Assembly (NCBI GenBank): GCA_016929695.1
Contig: JAFGII010000001.1
Location: 10,629 to 74,628, forward strand
DNA from: Ignavibacteria bacterium
GTDB taxonomy: Bacteria; Bacteroidota; Ignavibacteria; Tepidaquicellales; Tepidaquicellaceae
DNA: 64,000 nt
Direction of reading: 5' to 3'
Numbering within the stretch: the first letter of the stretch is position 1; every line of letters starts with the position of its first letter. Made by a program: the position numbers and the translations under genes. The notes beneath the pieces were generated by a model. That model saw nothing but the letters and a program-made list of their open reading frames with translations, was not told where the DNA came from and did no database searches. Of the stretch, positions 1 through 11,300 are shown in pieces.

Positions 1-50
1 AAAACAATCATCGAGGGAAATGTAGTGTTTAATTCAACGCAAGTAAATTA

Positions 51-941
51 ATGTCAGAAACGAAGTTAACGAACTTACTTGATATACTGAAATATTCGGC
101 AAAAATTCTGAGTGAAAAAGGAATTGAAGATGCAAGACTGAATGCGGAACTGCTGATGGCAAACATTCTTGGTTGCAGCAGAATGGAATTATATTTAAAT
201 TTTGATAAACCGCTTAATGAAGATGAAAGAAATAGATATAAAGTCTTTTTAAAACGCAGAATGAAACGCGAACCGCTTCAGTATATTCTCGGCGAAACGG
301 AATTTTGCAGCTATAAATTTATTGTAAATAATAAAGTACTTATACCGCGTCCTGAAACGGAACTTCTTACCGAACGAACTATTAAGTATATTTTAAATGA
401 GAAATTAAAAGTTGTCAGAATTCTCGATATCGGCACGGGTTCAGGATGCATAACTGTTGCGTTATCCGGAGAACTGACAAAAAACAAAGTTAAACATCAT
501 ATTACTGCCGTTGATATTTCTGAAGATGCTTTAAAAACGGCGCAAAATAATGCAATAATTAATAACACTGATACCGGGGCAGTTTTTTATGAATTAAATG
601 ATATATTTTCTGACTGTTTTAATTTATCAGGATTTGATATAATCGTTAGCAATCCACCTTATATATCAAAACAGGAATATGAAAAACTTGAACCTGAACT
701 CAGATATTACGAACCCGGGATATCCCTTACAGACTCAAGTGACGGTCTCAGTTTTTTTAAAAGGATATTTAAACTTATAGAAACATCTAATCAGACTTTA
801 AAATGTTTTCTTGAAATCGGTTATTGTCAGAAGGAGACACTTGAAAAAATGGCTTTGAATTACAATATAACCGATTTTATATTTCATAAAGATTATAACG
901 GTATTTTCAGAATTATGGAAATTACAAAATGTTGGCAGTAG
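51..941 (+). CDS. prmC: Peptide chain release factor N5-glutamine methyltransferase (HemK/PrmC)
   Basis: 296-aa ORF. SAM motif ILDIGTGSGC and catalytic NPPY (VSNPPYI). 13-nt overlap with the following dtd. Confidence 0.9.
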   Translation: MSETKLTNLLDILKYSAKILSEKGIEDARLNAELLMANILGCSRMELYLNFDKPLNEDERNRYKVFLKRRMKREPLQYILGETEFCSYKFIVNNKVLIPRPETELLTERTIKYILNEKLKVVRILDIGTGSGCITVALSGELTKNKVKHHITAVDISEDALKTAQNNAIINNTDTGAVFYELNDIFSDCFNLSGFDIIVSNPPYISKQEYEKLEPELRYYEPGISLTDSSDGLSFFKRIFKLIETSNQTLKCFLEIGYCQKETLEKMALNYNITDFIFHKDYNGIFRIMEITKCWQ

Positions 942-1387
942 TTCAGAGAGTGAATGAAGCATCGGTTAAGATTGAAAATAAACCGTATTCTTCCATAAAA
1001 AGAGGACTTCTTGTATTTCTCGGTATTCAGAAAGGCGATACCAATAAAGAATCGGAGTATCTTTCAAAAAAAATTGTGGATTTAAGAATATTTCCTGATG
1101 AAGAAGACAAAATGAATTTATCGGTCAGGGACGTCAAGGGCGAAATAATGCTAATTTCGCAATTTACGTTATGTACCGACAAAAACAAGAGCGGCAACAG
1201 ACCAAGTTTTTTCTATGCTGAAGTACCGGAAAAAGCATCAAAAATCTTTGATGATTTTATTACAATGACAAAGGATTATTATATTCCGGAAAGAATAAAA
1301 AGCGGTGTGTTTGCTGCAATGATGAAAATTAAATTATTAAATGACGGACCTGTGACAATAATACTTGAAAGGGAAAATGGAAACTAA
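929..1387 (+). CDS. dtd: D-aminoacyl-tRNA deacylase
   Basis: 152-aa ORF. N-terminal MLAVVQRV, SQFTL and C-terminal NDGPVTI motifs typical of the Dtd family. Confidence 0.9.
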   Translation: MLAVVQRVNEASVKIENKPYSSIKRGLLVFLGIQKGDTNKESEYLSKKIVDLRIFPDEEDKMNLSVRDVKGEIMLISQFTLCTDKNKSGNRPSFFYAEVPEKASKIFDDFITMTKDYYIPERIKSGVFAAMMKIKLLNDGPVTIILERENGN

Positions 1388-2270
1388 ATTTAGAAAAAAC
1401 GTGATTACTGTCATTGGAGCAGGCAGGGTAGGTATATCTCTGGGATTGAGATTAAAAGAGAATAAATTCAATCTCAGGTATATTGTAGAAAAGTCCACTT
1501 CAAGGATTAAAATTCTGAAAAAAATATTAAGAGGTGAAATATTTTCACGGGAGTTGTCCGAAGATATATTAAGAAACAGCGGTGTCGTTATAATATGCGT
1601 AAAAGACGACGATATCCCCGGAATTATTCTTTCACTTAATAAATTTAAAGTTGATTTAAGAAGAAAAATATTATTTCATACCAGCGGTTCGGAATCATCG
1701 CTGATTTTCAAATCACTGAATGTTCCAATTAAAAATACGGGCTCTTTCCATCCTGTTCAGACATTTAATGAAATCAGCCCGGATTCGGGTAATTATTTTA
1801 AAAATATATATGTTGCAGCAGAAGGTGGAAAGGGATTTCTTGATTTTGCAGAAAATATATGCAATGAGACTGATACAAGACTAATCAGAATTACACCCTC
1901 AGGGAAAGAAATGTATCACCTGATTTGTGTATATTTATCGAATTATCTGCTCAGTTATTTAAAATCAATTTCTGAAATTGGAAGGGAAATAGGATTTTCA
2001 GAAAAAAAATTTCTGGATGTTTTTTCACCCCTTATCGAAACTTCTCTGAAAAATATTATAAATAAGGGGTTTATGAAATCACTCACCGGTCCGGTTGAAA
2101 GGGGAGATATTACAACAATTATGAAGCACAAAAAATGTTTATCGGGACTGGACAAACAATATTCCGAATTGTATAAGTTATTGGGGCTGGAAGCATTAAA
2201 AATTGCCGTAAATAAAAAATCAATAAGTGAAAAAAAATCGAAAATTTTAAAAGACATTTTAAATAAATGA
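1365..2270 (+). CDS. Rossmann-fold NAD(P)-binding protein with DUF2520-like C-terminus
   Basis: 301-aa ORF. GxGxxG (VIGAGRVG) near the N-terminus and LTGPVERGD near the C-terminus, as in ProC-like/DUF2520 proteins. Alternative start METKF at 1377. Confidence 0.6.
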   Translation: MKGKMETKFRKNVITVIGAGRVGISLGLRLKENKFNLRYIVEKSTSRIKILKKILRGEIFSRELSEDILRNSGVVIICVKDDDIPGIILSLNKFKVDLRRKILFHTSGSESSLIFKSLNVPIKNTGSFHPVQTFNEISPDSGNYFKNIYVAAEGGKGFLDFAENICNETDTRLIRITPSGKEMYHLICVYLSNYLLSYLKSISEIGREIGFSEKKFLDVFSPLIETSLKNIINKGFMKSLTGPVERGDITTIMKHKKCLSGLDKQYSELYKLLGLEALKIAVNKKSISEKKSKILKDILNK

Positions 2271-2896
2271 AATTACTCAGATTAATTATTATATTTCTGT
2301 TCCTATTATTCTTTCCGGTTATATTATGCTCGCAGGACGAAGGCACGGTTAAAATAGATTCTTTAAGAAAACTGAAGTCAGATAAACTTGAACCTTCAGG
2401 GCTTTTTTTTTCTGCAGGACTTGGAATTGACATTCCTTTCCTTAATTTTTCCGATAATTCCTCTACTTCCCTATGTCTGGGAGCACGTGTCGAATATTCG
2501 AGTTTGAAAATATATCCTTTTGTGATAGGACTTTCTTATCAGTATCAGGGCAATGAAGGCAGTGATGATTTTAAAACAATTAATCTTCTTAACGGATTAA
2601 AAACAACAATTCATTCAGTAGGGCTCGGATTTGATATAAATCTTAATAAATATCTCAAGTCAAGTTTTACTATACCGTTTTTGACTCTTGAAGTAAAATA
2701 TTTAATGGCTCAGAGAGAAATAAATCCGGAAACCGCTCTCCAGGATTTCTTAAGAAAAGAATCCTTGATAGGATTTTCAGGCGGATTGGGTTTTACACTT
2801 TATGTTTTTGACATATACGGAACATATACACATGCAAAAAATTATTCTTCATTTGCTGTCAGGACACGCTTCAGAATTCCCATCATTAAATTTTAA
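2267..2896 (+). CDS. Hypothetical outer-membrane beta-barrel-like protein
   Basis: 209-aa ORF with an N-terminal hydrophobic signal-like segment, alternating beta-strand pattern and C-terminal aromatic residue (IIKF). ATGA overlap with the upstream gene. No family recognised. Confidence 0.4.
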   Translation: MKLLRLIIIFLFLLFFPVILCSQDEGTVKIDSLRKLKSDKLEPSGLFFSAGLGIDIPFLNFSDNSSTSLCLGARVEYSSLKIYPFVIGLSYQYQGNEGSDDFKTINLLNGLKTTIHSVGLGFDINLNKYLKSSFTIPFLTLEVKYLMAQREINPETALQDFLRKESLIGFSGGLGFTLYVFDIYGTYTHAKNYSSFAVRTRFRIPIIKF

Positions 2897-2975
2897 GAAT
2901 TATTCTATCGTCTAATACATCCCACGGCTTATTTATGCCTTTTCGGTTTTAAATAATTGTTAATGTATTTTCCAG

Positions 2976-4073
2976 TTACACTTTCCTGTTTTTCCATTTG
3001 ACTTTGTAACCGGTAAGAAATGTAAACGGCAGGAGTATGCCGTAAATCATAAAATATATTTCGAAAATAAAAAAATATTTATACAATCCGCGGTAATGTA
3101 ATTTTTTATAAGCGGGTAAAATAATTAAAATATCACATATAAATTTTGAAAGAAAAAAACCGATATATAAATTCAAAGGCAGATAAACAAATCCTGTCAT
3201 CATAATAGCATTGACAGTATACATTAAGACACCGACAAAATATCCGAAAAATCCGATGTCCGTTCCTCCCCTGAACCATCTTTTCTTCTGGGAATATAAT
3301 TCAAAAAAAGTTTTACATTTATCGGTTACCACAACCGAAAGGGGATTAACGGGATATCTGATTTTATAACCTGAGTTTCTAATTGCTATCATAAGCGCAA
3401 GGTCTTCTGTTACTGAGTATTTTATTTTACCATAACCTCCTATTTCATCATATACTTTCTTCCTGAAAGAAAGATTATTACCGATGCAGGAGAGTGTTCT
3501 GTTAAATCCCGAACTGCCGATTGCTATGGACAACAGATACAACCAGTCAAAAGCCTGAACCTTTGCTGAAAATCCGTTATCTTCACTAATTCTGGTGAAC
3601 CCGCAAACCATCCCTATTTTTTCGTCATAATATTTTACCGTCTCCTGAATCCAGTTTTCGGGAATCCTGCAGTCGGCATCGGTCGTCATAATTATCTCAC
3701 CCCGAGATATTTTGATTCCGCAGTCAACTGCATTTGCTTTGCCGGGAAAAATTTTACTGATGTTTTCCGAGGAGTCCGTTAATGTGAAATTTTTGTGCTC
3801 CCTGATATTTTCTAAAACAAATTCCTTTGTTTTATCTGAGGAGCTGTCGTTTACTATTATTACTTCTAAAAGTTCTGTCGGATAGGATAAATTTTTAAGG
3901 GATTCTAAGCATCCAGCGATATTTTCTTCTTCGTTTCTTGCTGCAACAATTACGGATACAGTTGGAAGATAGTCGTTGTTGTGTTTTAATTTTTCCGATA
4001 CCTTGAATCCTGCATATAATGTAACGTAAAGGACAAGATATGTACCTGCTGCAATTATGCTGAATGTAAGCAT
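2976..4073 (-). CDS. Membrane-embedded processive family-2 glycosyltransferase
   Basis: 365-aa ORF. N-terminal TM helix, VSVIVAARNEEENI, TDADC and QKKRW (QxxRW) motifs, and C-terminal TM helices. 24 nt downstream of the 1019-aa cargo gene. Confidence 0.75.
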   Translation of the reverse strand: MLTFSIIAAGTYLVLYVTLYAGFKVSEKLKHNNDYLPTVSVIVAARNEEENIAGCLESLKNLSYPTELLEVIIVNDSSSDKTKEFVLENIREHKNFTLTDSSENISKIFPGKANAVDCGIKISRGEIIMTTDADCRIPENWIQETVKYYDEKIGMVCGFTRISEDNGFSAKVQAFDWLYLLSIAIGSSGFNRTLSCIGNNLSFRKKVYDEIGGYGKIKYSVTEDLALMIAIRNSGYKIRYPVNPLSVVVTDKCKTFFELYSQKKRWFRGGTDIGFFGYFVGVLMYTVNAIMMTGFVYLPLNLYIGFFLSKFICDILIILPAYKKLHYRGLYKYFFIFEIYFMIYGILLPFTFLTGYKVKWKNRKV

Positions 4074-4097
4074 CGGTTATGTTTATCAGATATGATT

Positions 4098-7000
4098 TTA
4101 CTTTACAACTGCAATTTTTATTATCTTTGTTTCTGTTGTGCCGTCTATTTCTGCTTCAATTACTCCGTAATATATTCCGCTTTGTACGTTTGATACATCC
4201 CATATTACTTCATTGTCGGAGTTGGAATAGTTGGAACCTGCAAGTTTTGTTATGAGTTCTCCCGATAAATCGAGTATTTTTATTTTTACAGTGCCGGCAT
4301 TTCCGTTTAAATAATATCGTATATATGTTTTTGTGTCATAAACGGGATTAGGCCAGTTGTAAACTCTGTCTGAAGGAAGTTTATCGGAATAAACAACAGG
4401 AGAAAATAAAGACTTGAAATTATTATTTGAGAAATATTTGTCTCCGTTAACGTTTTTCCAGAGTATGTTGTTTTCGAAATAATGATATCCGGTTCTGTAT
4501 GCATATAAATATCCGTCTGAGCCGTAAACTGCTATGCAAAGTGTGTCAGATGAATTAAATAACGCCGGTGTGCTGCCACCTGATATCCCTGTTTTTATCG
4601 GGAAACCGTTTAAAATCCTACCCTCCGTATTTACCGCATACATATCGCCTTCTGATGTAATTGTTAGTATGTCAATTAGTCCGTCGTTGTCAATGTCCGC
4701 GGAGACTATACCTGAGGATATATTGCCTTTTATTTTAGTAGAAGGAAAATAATCCATAAGTACTTCGTTTCCGTTAAATGCATATAGTTTCCCTTTATCT
4801 GCAATCAGTATTTCTTGTTTTTCATCTTTGTTAATGTCGGCTAAGGTAAAGGGAATTTTTATGCCCTCAATCCCGTAACGGGATAATATCTGTTTGTTAT
4901 TCAAGATTACCGAATTTGGGGAAGTCTTTATGTTGTCAACAGCGTTTATTCCTGTAATATTTCCCGTGGATATATACTGTGAATCAACTGAATAAACAAA
5001 TGATGTTGGTGATGTTTTTGATAACTGATATACCTGACCGCTGTTCGTATCTGTAAATCCCGTTTGGAGTGTAACAAGATTTTTATAATATATCATCCCG
5101 TCTGTACCAATTACTATCTTATTGGAATCGAAAACGAGAGGAGATGAAGTGAAATAATTTCCTGTTATTGTTTCGATAAGGGAATCTGTAATGTTAAAAT
5201 TATTGTCAAATTTAAATAATCCGAGGCTCGACGAATTTGGTGCGGTTTTTGATACGGCAATTAATCTGAGTGAATTCAGAGCAGGGGAATAACATAATGC
5301 AGGAGTAGTGATACCATATAAAGGTAATATATTTCCCGTCGAATCGGATGAGATTGGCATTCCGTTATTTTTAAATCCGTAAATCCCGTTAGATGTATTG
5401 ACGAATAGTTCCTCGATGTTATCCCCGTTTACGTCAAATGCGATAGGATTCGATGTTCCTGCAGAAGGCATACCTGTGTATTTAGGAAAGCCTTCTATAG
5501 GTTTAATAATATCCGAACCAATTTTCACTCTGAAAGTCATTGAGGTACCGATTGTATCAAAATGTGTAATGTAAATATTATTATTAGAAAGGGAATAACT
5601 GTAAGAATTTGGTATGGAATATGGAGAGAATTCATTTTTGTATATGTTTGCGGGAACATAGTGGTTACCGTTGTACCAGAAATCTACAAAAAAACCGTCG
5701 CCTGTAACTTCTCCGAAGATTGTATTATAAGTAACACCTATATTCTGAGAGCCCTTTGCCTCCTCTAAATCAACTCCTTTATGCTCTATTTCATTATTGA
5801 TTGTATTCGACTGAAATTTTGCATTAATAACGTTCTCATCAATGTGCCAGATAAGAATTCCGCCTCTGAAATTAGAAGTATCATCTATTGAACCCGGCAG
5901 ACTCCAGTCTAAATATGAGACATCAGTAACATTCCCGTCAATTTTTGTAATGTCATAACTAATGAAACCTTCCTGGTCTTTTGTATATAAAGTGGAATCT
6001 CTATGAGCCCTGTTCCTCGTATAAATCCGCTGACCTAAATTAAACGGATTTCTATTCCTGTTTTCAAGCAAGAAATATTCGGATGTATTTATCAGTACTT
6101 TATACATAGTTGATTCCTGTGCATAAGGAACGGAAGAAGCATTTATATTGAACTCTGCATTACCGGACGATAGTACAACAGGATTAATCCATCCGAGATA
6201 GTATTTCTCCCATGCTGAAGGTTCAGGAGGAAAAATCCCATTAAAACTGAATATAGATTGTCCGTCCATCAATCCGAATCTTCCGATTGCGGTTTTACCG
6301 TTAAATGTATTGAAAAGGTCAGGTAAACCGAGATAACTTCCAAAACTTCCAACTAAAATTCCGTTTATTCCTAATTCTATCAGATATTTCCCGGATATTA
6401 AATCAAGTTCCCTAAGTTCGGTTGAAGGAATAATTAAGGAATTTTGAATGAATATCCCTTCTGCAGTCTGATAACCGTTATATGAATTTCCGTAAAATTC
6501 TTTCAGATTCTTAAGTCCTAAATAAACAGAGGGAATGTCGTATGGAGTTGGGTCGTAACCGTAGATTGAAGATAAATCCACATCTCTGCCTGTACCTGCA
6601 TGAAATATTACAAAAGCGGTATTTTGCTGGTCATAACCCGAGAAATTAATTACGCTGTCGGCGGCAGCCCAGCTTTCCTTGAAGAATTCACCTAATTTAA
6701 TAAATGTCTCGTTTTTCTGCGGAGAATACATTTGCATCTTTTTTGACAGGGTAATCGTATTTCCATGGATTTCGTAATTAATGACTAGTTTACCTTTAGA
6801 AGACTTACGATAATAATTTTTCAGAAAGAGAAGATGGTCTGCAAAATATGCACTGTCATGAGGAGGTGAATCAATTACAGTATCCCTTTGAGTATTAGGA
6901 TTGTAATATTTATTCGATAAATCAAATTTTCCGTTGCCTGTGGATAAAGGGTCATTATCTTCTTGAAACTGAACCATAATGGCAACAACGGTAATTGTGT

Positions 7001-7157
7001 CTGCCGATGTTGCGTAAGGTTTATATTTATATTTTCGTTCAAATTGTGAAATATTGAGCGGATGTGATAACTGCAGTTGTTTCCTTTCATTCCATTGAGA
7101 AGCGGCAATTTGTGATATCAGAAGTAACGAAAAAATAAAATATTTAATATTCTTCAT
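4098..7157 (-). CDS. T9SS cargo: M6/InhA-like domain lacking HExxH + FG-GAP/VCBS-like repeats + Por_Secre_tail C-terminal domain
   Basis: 1019-aa ORF with a signal peptide. GSFGSYLGLPDLF sits where M6 domains carry HExxHxLGLPD, followed by ILIWHIDEN. Ca-binding-like DxNxDxxxE/D repeats (DVNGDNIEE, DINKDEKQE, DIDNDGLID). C-terminal NWPNPV...GIYYGVIE...IKIAVVK tail. Confidence 0.6.
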   Translation of the reverse strand: MKNIKYFIFSLLLISQIAASQWNERKQLQLSHPLNISQFERKYKYKPYATSADTITVVAIMVQFQEDNDPLSTGNGKFDLSNKYYNPNTQRDTVIDSPPHDSAYFADHLLFLKNYYRKSSKGKLVINYEIHGNTITLSKKMQMYSPQKNETFIKLGEFFKESWAAADSVINFSGYDQQNTAFVIFHAGTGRDVDLSSIYGYDPTPYDIPSVYLGLKNLKEFYGNSYNGYQTAEGIFIQNSLIIPSTELRELDLISGKYLIELGINGILVGSFGSYLGLPDLFNTFNGKTAIGRFGLMDGQSIFSFNGIFPPEPSAWEKYYLGWINPVVLSSGNAEFNINASSVPYAQESTMYKVLINTSEYFLLENRNRNPFNLGQRIYTRNRAHRDSTLYTKDQEGFISYDITKIDGNVTDVSYLDWSLPGSIDDTSNFRGGILIWHIDENVINAKFQSNTINNEIEHKGVDLEEAKGSQNIGVTYNTIFGEVTGDGFFVDFWYNGNHYVPANIYKNEFSPYSIPNSYSYSLSNNNIYITHFDTIGTSMTFRVKIGSDIIKPIEGFPKYTGMPSAGTSNPIAFDVNGDNIEELFVNTSNGIYGFKNNGMPISSDSTGNILPLYGITTPALCYSPALNSLRLIAVSKTAPNSSSLGLFKFDNNFNITDSLIETITGNYFTSSPLVFDSNKIVIGTDGMIYYKNLVTLQTGFTDTNSGQVYQLSKTSPTSFVYSVDSQYISTGNITGINAVDNIKTSPNSVILNNKQILSRYGIEGIKIPFTLADINKDEKQEILIADKGKLYAFNGNEVLMDYFPSTKIKGNISSGIVSADIDNDGLIDILTITSEGDMYAVNTEGRILNGFPIKTGISGGSTPALFNSSDTLCIAVYGSDGYLYAYRTGYHYFENNILWKNVNGDKYFSNNNFKSLFSPVVYSDKLPSDRVYNWPNPVYDTKTYIRYYLNGNAGTVKIKILDLSGELITKLAGSNYSNSDNEVIWDVSNVQSGIYYGVIEAEIDGTTETKIIKIAVVK

Positions 7158-7187
7158 AGAAATGTTTTCTGTTCGGTTATTAATTAT

Positions 7188-7222
7188 ACAAAAAAGAGCC
7201 CCGATAAAATTTACCGTGGCTC
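7188..7222 (-). terminator. Rho-independent terminator-like hairpin after porV
   Basis: Minus strand reads gagccacggtaaattttatcggggctc followed by tttttt. The 8-bp stem has one mismatch. Confidence 0.5.
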
Positions 7223-7248
7223 ATAAAAATTGTATTTTAAATATTTAA

Positions 7249-8346
7249 TTAAAAGTTAATTACAAATCCAAATCTCAGTGTATTTGCCAGCGGATGGGTG
7301 TCTTCAATTGTGCTGATATAACTGAAGTCAAATCCGTATAAACTATATCTGATACCTGCTCCAAGTGTGATGTATTTCCTGTTTCCGTAATCGGGGTCTT
7401 CATAGAAATAACCTGCTCTGAGAGCTATTAATTTCGGATTTCCGTACCAGTATTCGGCACCTACTGAAGACTGAATAGATTTGCCTATTTCCGATGGTCC
7501 ACCTTTCCAGGATGTAAATAATGCTTCATAAAATGCATCTGGTCTGTTTACCAATAATTTTGAAAAATCAGCCGCAAACGTAAGTTCATTCCCTTCGTTC
7601 TTGAATATTTTATATGCGATTCCGAGTCTCAGATTGGTTGGAATTGGATCTGCCTGGTCAGCGTCGACGTAGGAAATTTTAGGACCTAAATTTGACAAAT
7701 TTAGACCAAGAGATAATTTGTCTTTAATAATGCCCGGTCCTTTTGAAAATCTGTATAAGGCAGCTAAATCAAAACTCGTTGAAAAAGCAGTGCCGCTTCC
7801 TTTTTCATTACCGACTGAAACTGAGGAAAGATTGCTGAAAATGAATCTTGCATTGACTCCAAGTCCCAGGTCGGTTGTTACTTTTGTCGCATAACCCACT
7901 GCGAGAGCAAATTCGTATGCCTTATATTCTCCGAGTCTGTTCCCGAATTCATCAGTATGTATAATTGTACCTATGTTGAGATAGGTTAAACTGAGACCGA
8001 GTGTACCGTTAATAGATTCAATGTGCCTTTTTGCAGCGAGGTAATCATAAAACAGGTCTGAAATATTTAAACCGGCAAGCCACGGTGAATGTGTAAAGTT
8101 AATCTCGGTATGTTCTGTCTGAAAAGCCAGTCCAGCAGGATTCCAGTGCATTGCAGTTGCGTCATCTGCTATTGCAGTTCCTGTTTCACCCATAGCGCTG
8201 AATCTTGAATTCGGTCCGATTAATAAAAATGGTACGCCTGTTGATATCGTCTTCTGAGCAAATACTTCTGCTGAAGTAAATATTAAAAAACTCAATATTA
8301 GCACCGTAAAAAGTTTAAAGCCATTAGAACATCTTGAATTACTCAT
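7249..8346 (-). CDS. porV: T9SS outer-membrane shuttle protein PorV (LptO family)
   Basis: 365-aa ORF with a signal peptide. N-terminal GVPFLLIGPNSRFSAMGETGTAIADDATAMHWNPAGLAF signature, beta-barrel pattern and C-terminal F. Immediately downstream of porU. Confidence 0.8.
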   Translation of the reverse strand: MSNSRCSNGFKLFTVLILSFLIFTSAEVFAQKTISTGVPFLLIGPNSRFSAMGETGTAIADDATAMHWNPAGLAFQTEHTEINFTHSPWLAGLNISDLFYDYLAAKRHIESINGTLGLSLTYLNIGTIIHTDEFGNRLGEYKAYEFALAVGYATKVTTDLGLGVNARFIFSNLSSVSVGNEKGSGTAFSTSFDLAALYRFSKGPGIIKDKLSLGLNLSNLGPKISYVDADQADPIPTNLRLGIAYKIFKNEGNELTFAADFSKLLVNRPDAFYEALFTSWKGGPSEIGKSIQSSVGAEYWYGNPKLIALRAGYFYEDPDYGNRKYITLGAGIRYSLYGFDFSYISTIEDTHPLANTLRFGFVINF

Positions 8347-8376
8347 TTAGGGATTTCCTCCTGATAATTTATTTAA

Positions 8377-11300
8377 TTATTTTAATTTTACTATTTTTTG
8401 TATGGAACTGTTTGTGAACCCGCCGTCAGCGGTCTTGATTATTATTTTATATAAATACACTCCGTTTGCAATTGCATCGCCGTCCGCATCTCTGCCATCC
8501 CATTCTATTATAACATTCTTATCGAGTAAATTGTTTCGGGAAATTTCTTTTATTAATTTTCCGCCGACTGTGTAAATTTTGATCTCTGCGGATAGAGGAG
8601 AATCAAAATTATGCTGAAAAATGAAACTTGTATTTTCTTTGAAAGGATTAGGATAATTAGTGACATTATTAACGAATAAAGCAGTATTGTTTTTCACTTG
8701 AAATATAATTTCAGTTTCGCTGGGGTTGTTGTATGTGTCCCACGCTTTAACTTTTAGAGTATATTTGCCGTCTATAAGGTTTTGTAAGGGATATTCAAGC
8801 GTTCCGTATTGATATCCTGAAGTCGTATTGTAATATTGAGTAAGGTCTAATTTATTATTTTCTTCATCATTGATTATCCCGTCAATTTTATGACCTGTAG
8901 TGCCTGTCAAGTTGATTCCGCTTTCATCATAGAAATCTGCAATTATCTTTGTGTCCTGATTAACTAAATCGCCGGAACGGAAGTTGCGGGTATCCATAAA
9001 TAATGTTATTTCCGGACCCGTGGTATCAATGGCGGCATTGCTGTCTATACCGTTGATTACAAATCTTTTATTATATCCCGAACCCTGATTAATCTGGTCT
9101 TTGAAATATGCAAGAATTTTTCCGCTGCCGCTTCCGTATGATATATCCTTCGGTACAATAAATTCAATGTGCCATTTTCCGTTGCTTATATTGGTTTTCC
9201 CGCTGAATATCTTACCTCCGTCAAGGGTGAATATGAAATGTACGGAAAAATCAATAATATCAATTTTCTTATCTACATCGAATACTTTAAGGTCCATCTC
9301 ACCGTTGAAATCACTCCAGAATGTGGAGTCTGGTCTTAGTATGCTTCCTGATATTTTTATTTTTTGTAATGCTTTTATATAAGCAGTATCAGTATATGGA
9401 GTATTATTTATCGAATCAATCCGTGTAAAAAATTGGGGTATGCTTATGCGCAATGCCGGTTCACCGATTAAACAGAATTTAGCGTCATTATGGGAAAAAT
9501 TAGGAATCAGGTTTTTTGTTAAGTACATTGCGTTGCCGAAACGAATGGGCAGATTTAATGTGTCTTTCCTAAACATAAAAATCTCCCAGAGTTTATTATT
9601 AAAGATTGCATTTGGAGCGCTGTAAACGGGTCTGACGGATGAAACTACCGATATAGCGCCCTTATCTTTAATTGATACAAGTTCTTCACCTGCACTTATT
9701 AGGAAAGGGTCATCCCATCTTGAAAGGTCACAACTTGCTATGGTAAGCAGTGGATATTTATTTTTGTTCGTTAATTGCGGAATACTCTCATCCCGTACAA
9801 ATACGTGCTCATGTGCCCATAAATCAGTACTTCCGTGTCCTACGTAGTTGATAACTAATCTGCCGTCATTCCAGCCCTTTATAATATCAACATTTGCACC
9901 CGGTTTTCTCCTGCCCTGGGGAGTAATAACGGTCGGGTATGTAACTATGTATATTTTTTCCTTTTCGAAATCTTTTGGAGTAAATATTTCTGCGATTACT
10001 TCACACTGGTCTGTATGCATGCTCCCTTCTTCACCGTTAGGAGAAGATGTTGTCCATCCGTCATCGGCTACATACATAAGTTTTTTCTTCCATGAAGCGT
10101 TTGTTATAGAATTTTCGTAATCAATTATTTTATCAACGGCAATATTGGCTTCATTTATACTGTTTATGCAAAGTCTGCCTGTAGCAAAATCGGGAACTGC
10201 GGGTTCAGGTTCATTATTGTTTTCATTAATATCAGCAAGGAAATCATCGCTCGGATAACTGTAGATTTCATTAATATCCTCAGTTGACCTTTGTACAGTC
10301 GGCAAATAATTCTTCACGGAGAAATTGTATATGTTTTTGAAATCATAACTTCCGTCACCGAAGAACAGAATGTAAACAGGGGGTTCCTGCCAGTTAATAT
10401 ATGCATGCTTAATAAAATTTCTGATTGCGACCGGGTCAAGTACACCACAGGAAAATTCATTGTAAATCTGATTTACATCCACGACCAGCGTATTCAGTTT
10501 GTTTATACCGGGAGTTTCACGATACGCCTTCAATCTGTTTGCGGCTGATATAAATTCGGTAGGGGTAATTATTATATAACTTGCACCCTGAGTTATTCCT
10601 CTTAAATTCTGATTTGGTATTTTTCCGGGAGTTAAATTTGGTGTTTTATAGTTTTCTCCGGAAACTGAAATATATCTTTGTGGATTATTATATTCAATAT
10701 TGTCCTGAAACCTCAGAACTCCTCCGGAAAAAGATATTGGATTGATTATACTTACGTTGTAATTGTCCGTAACATTAAAAACTTTTATCCCCGATGCGGT
10801 ATAGGGAGATACTACATATTCAACTGTTGTATTTGTATCCGGTGATGTGAACATCAGATAGTTGTTCTGTACGCTGTTAAAACTTCTCCTGTAATGGATT
10901 TCATAAAAGTCATAATTACCTTTTACATTCGGCTGATTATACTGTGCCGGGAGTGATAATTTTAAATTTATTGAAGAAAATCCAGAATTAAGTGCATAAT
11001 ATTCTTCCACTAAATAGGATCTGAAATGAGAAAAATCACCTGACACAGGATATACGGAATAAAACTTTAAAAATGAAGAATTGTCATCTTTCAACTGGGA
11101 ATATGCGGATACGCTTGATGAATTGCCGAATCTCAACAGTAATCTAATATCGGAACCTTGTATATATCCCGGTAATTGTTTGGTGAAAGTGAATCCTTCG
11201 TTATAACTTATGTTCTGACTCAGCCATAAAGTGCCAGTAGAACCCAGATTTAATATTTCGGGTTTTTCGAAAAACTTATCATAAAAATAGTATAAAGGTT

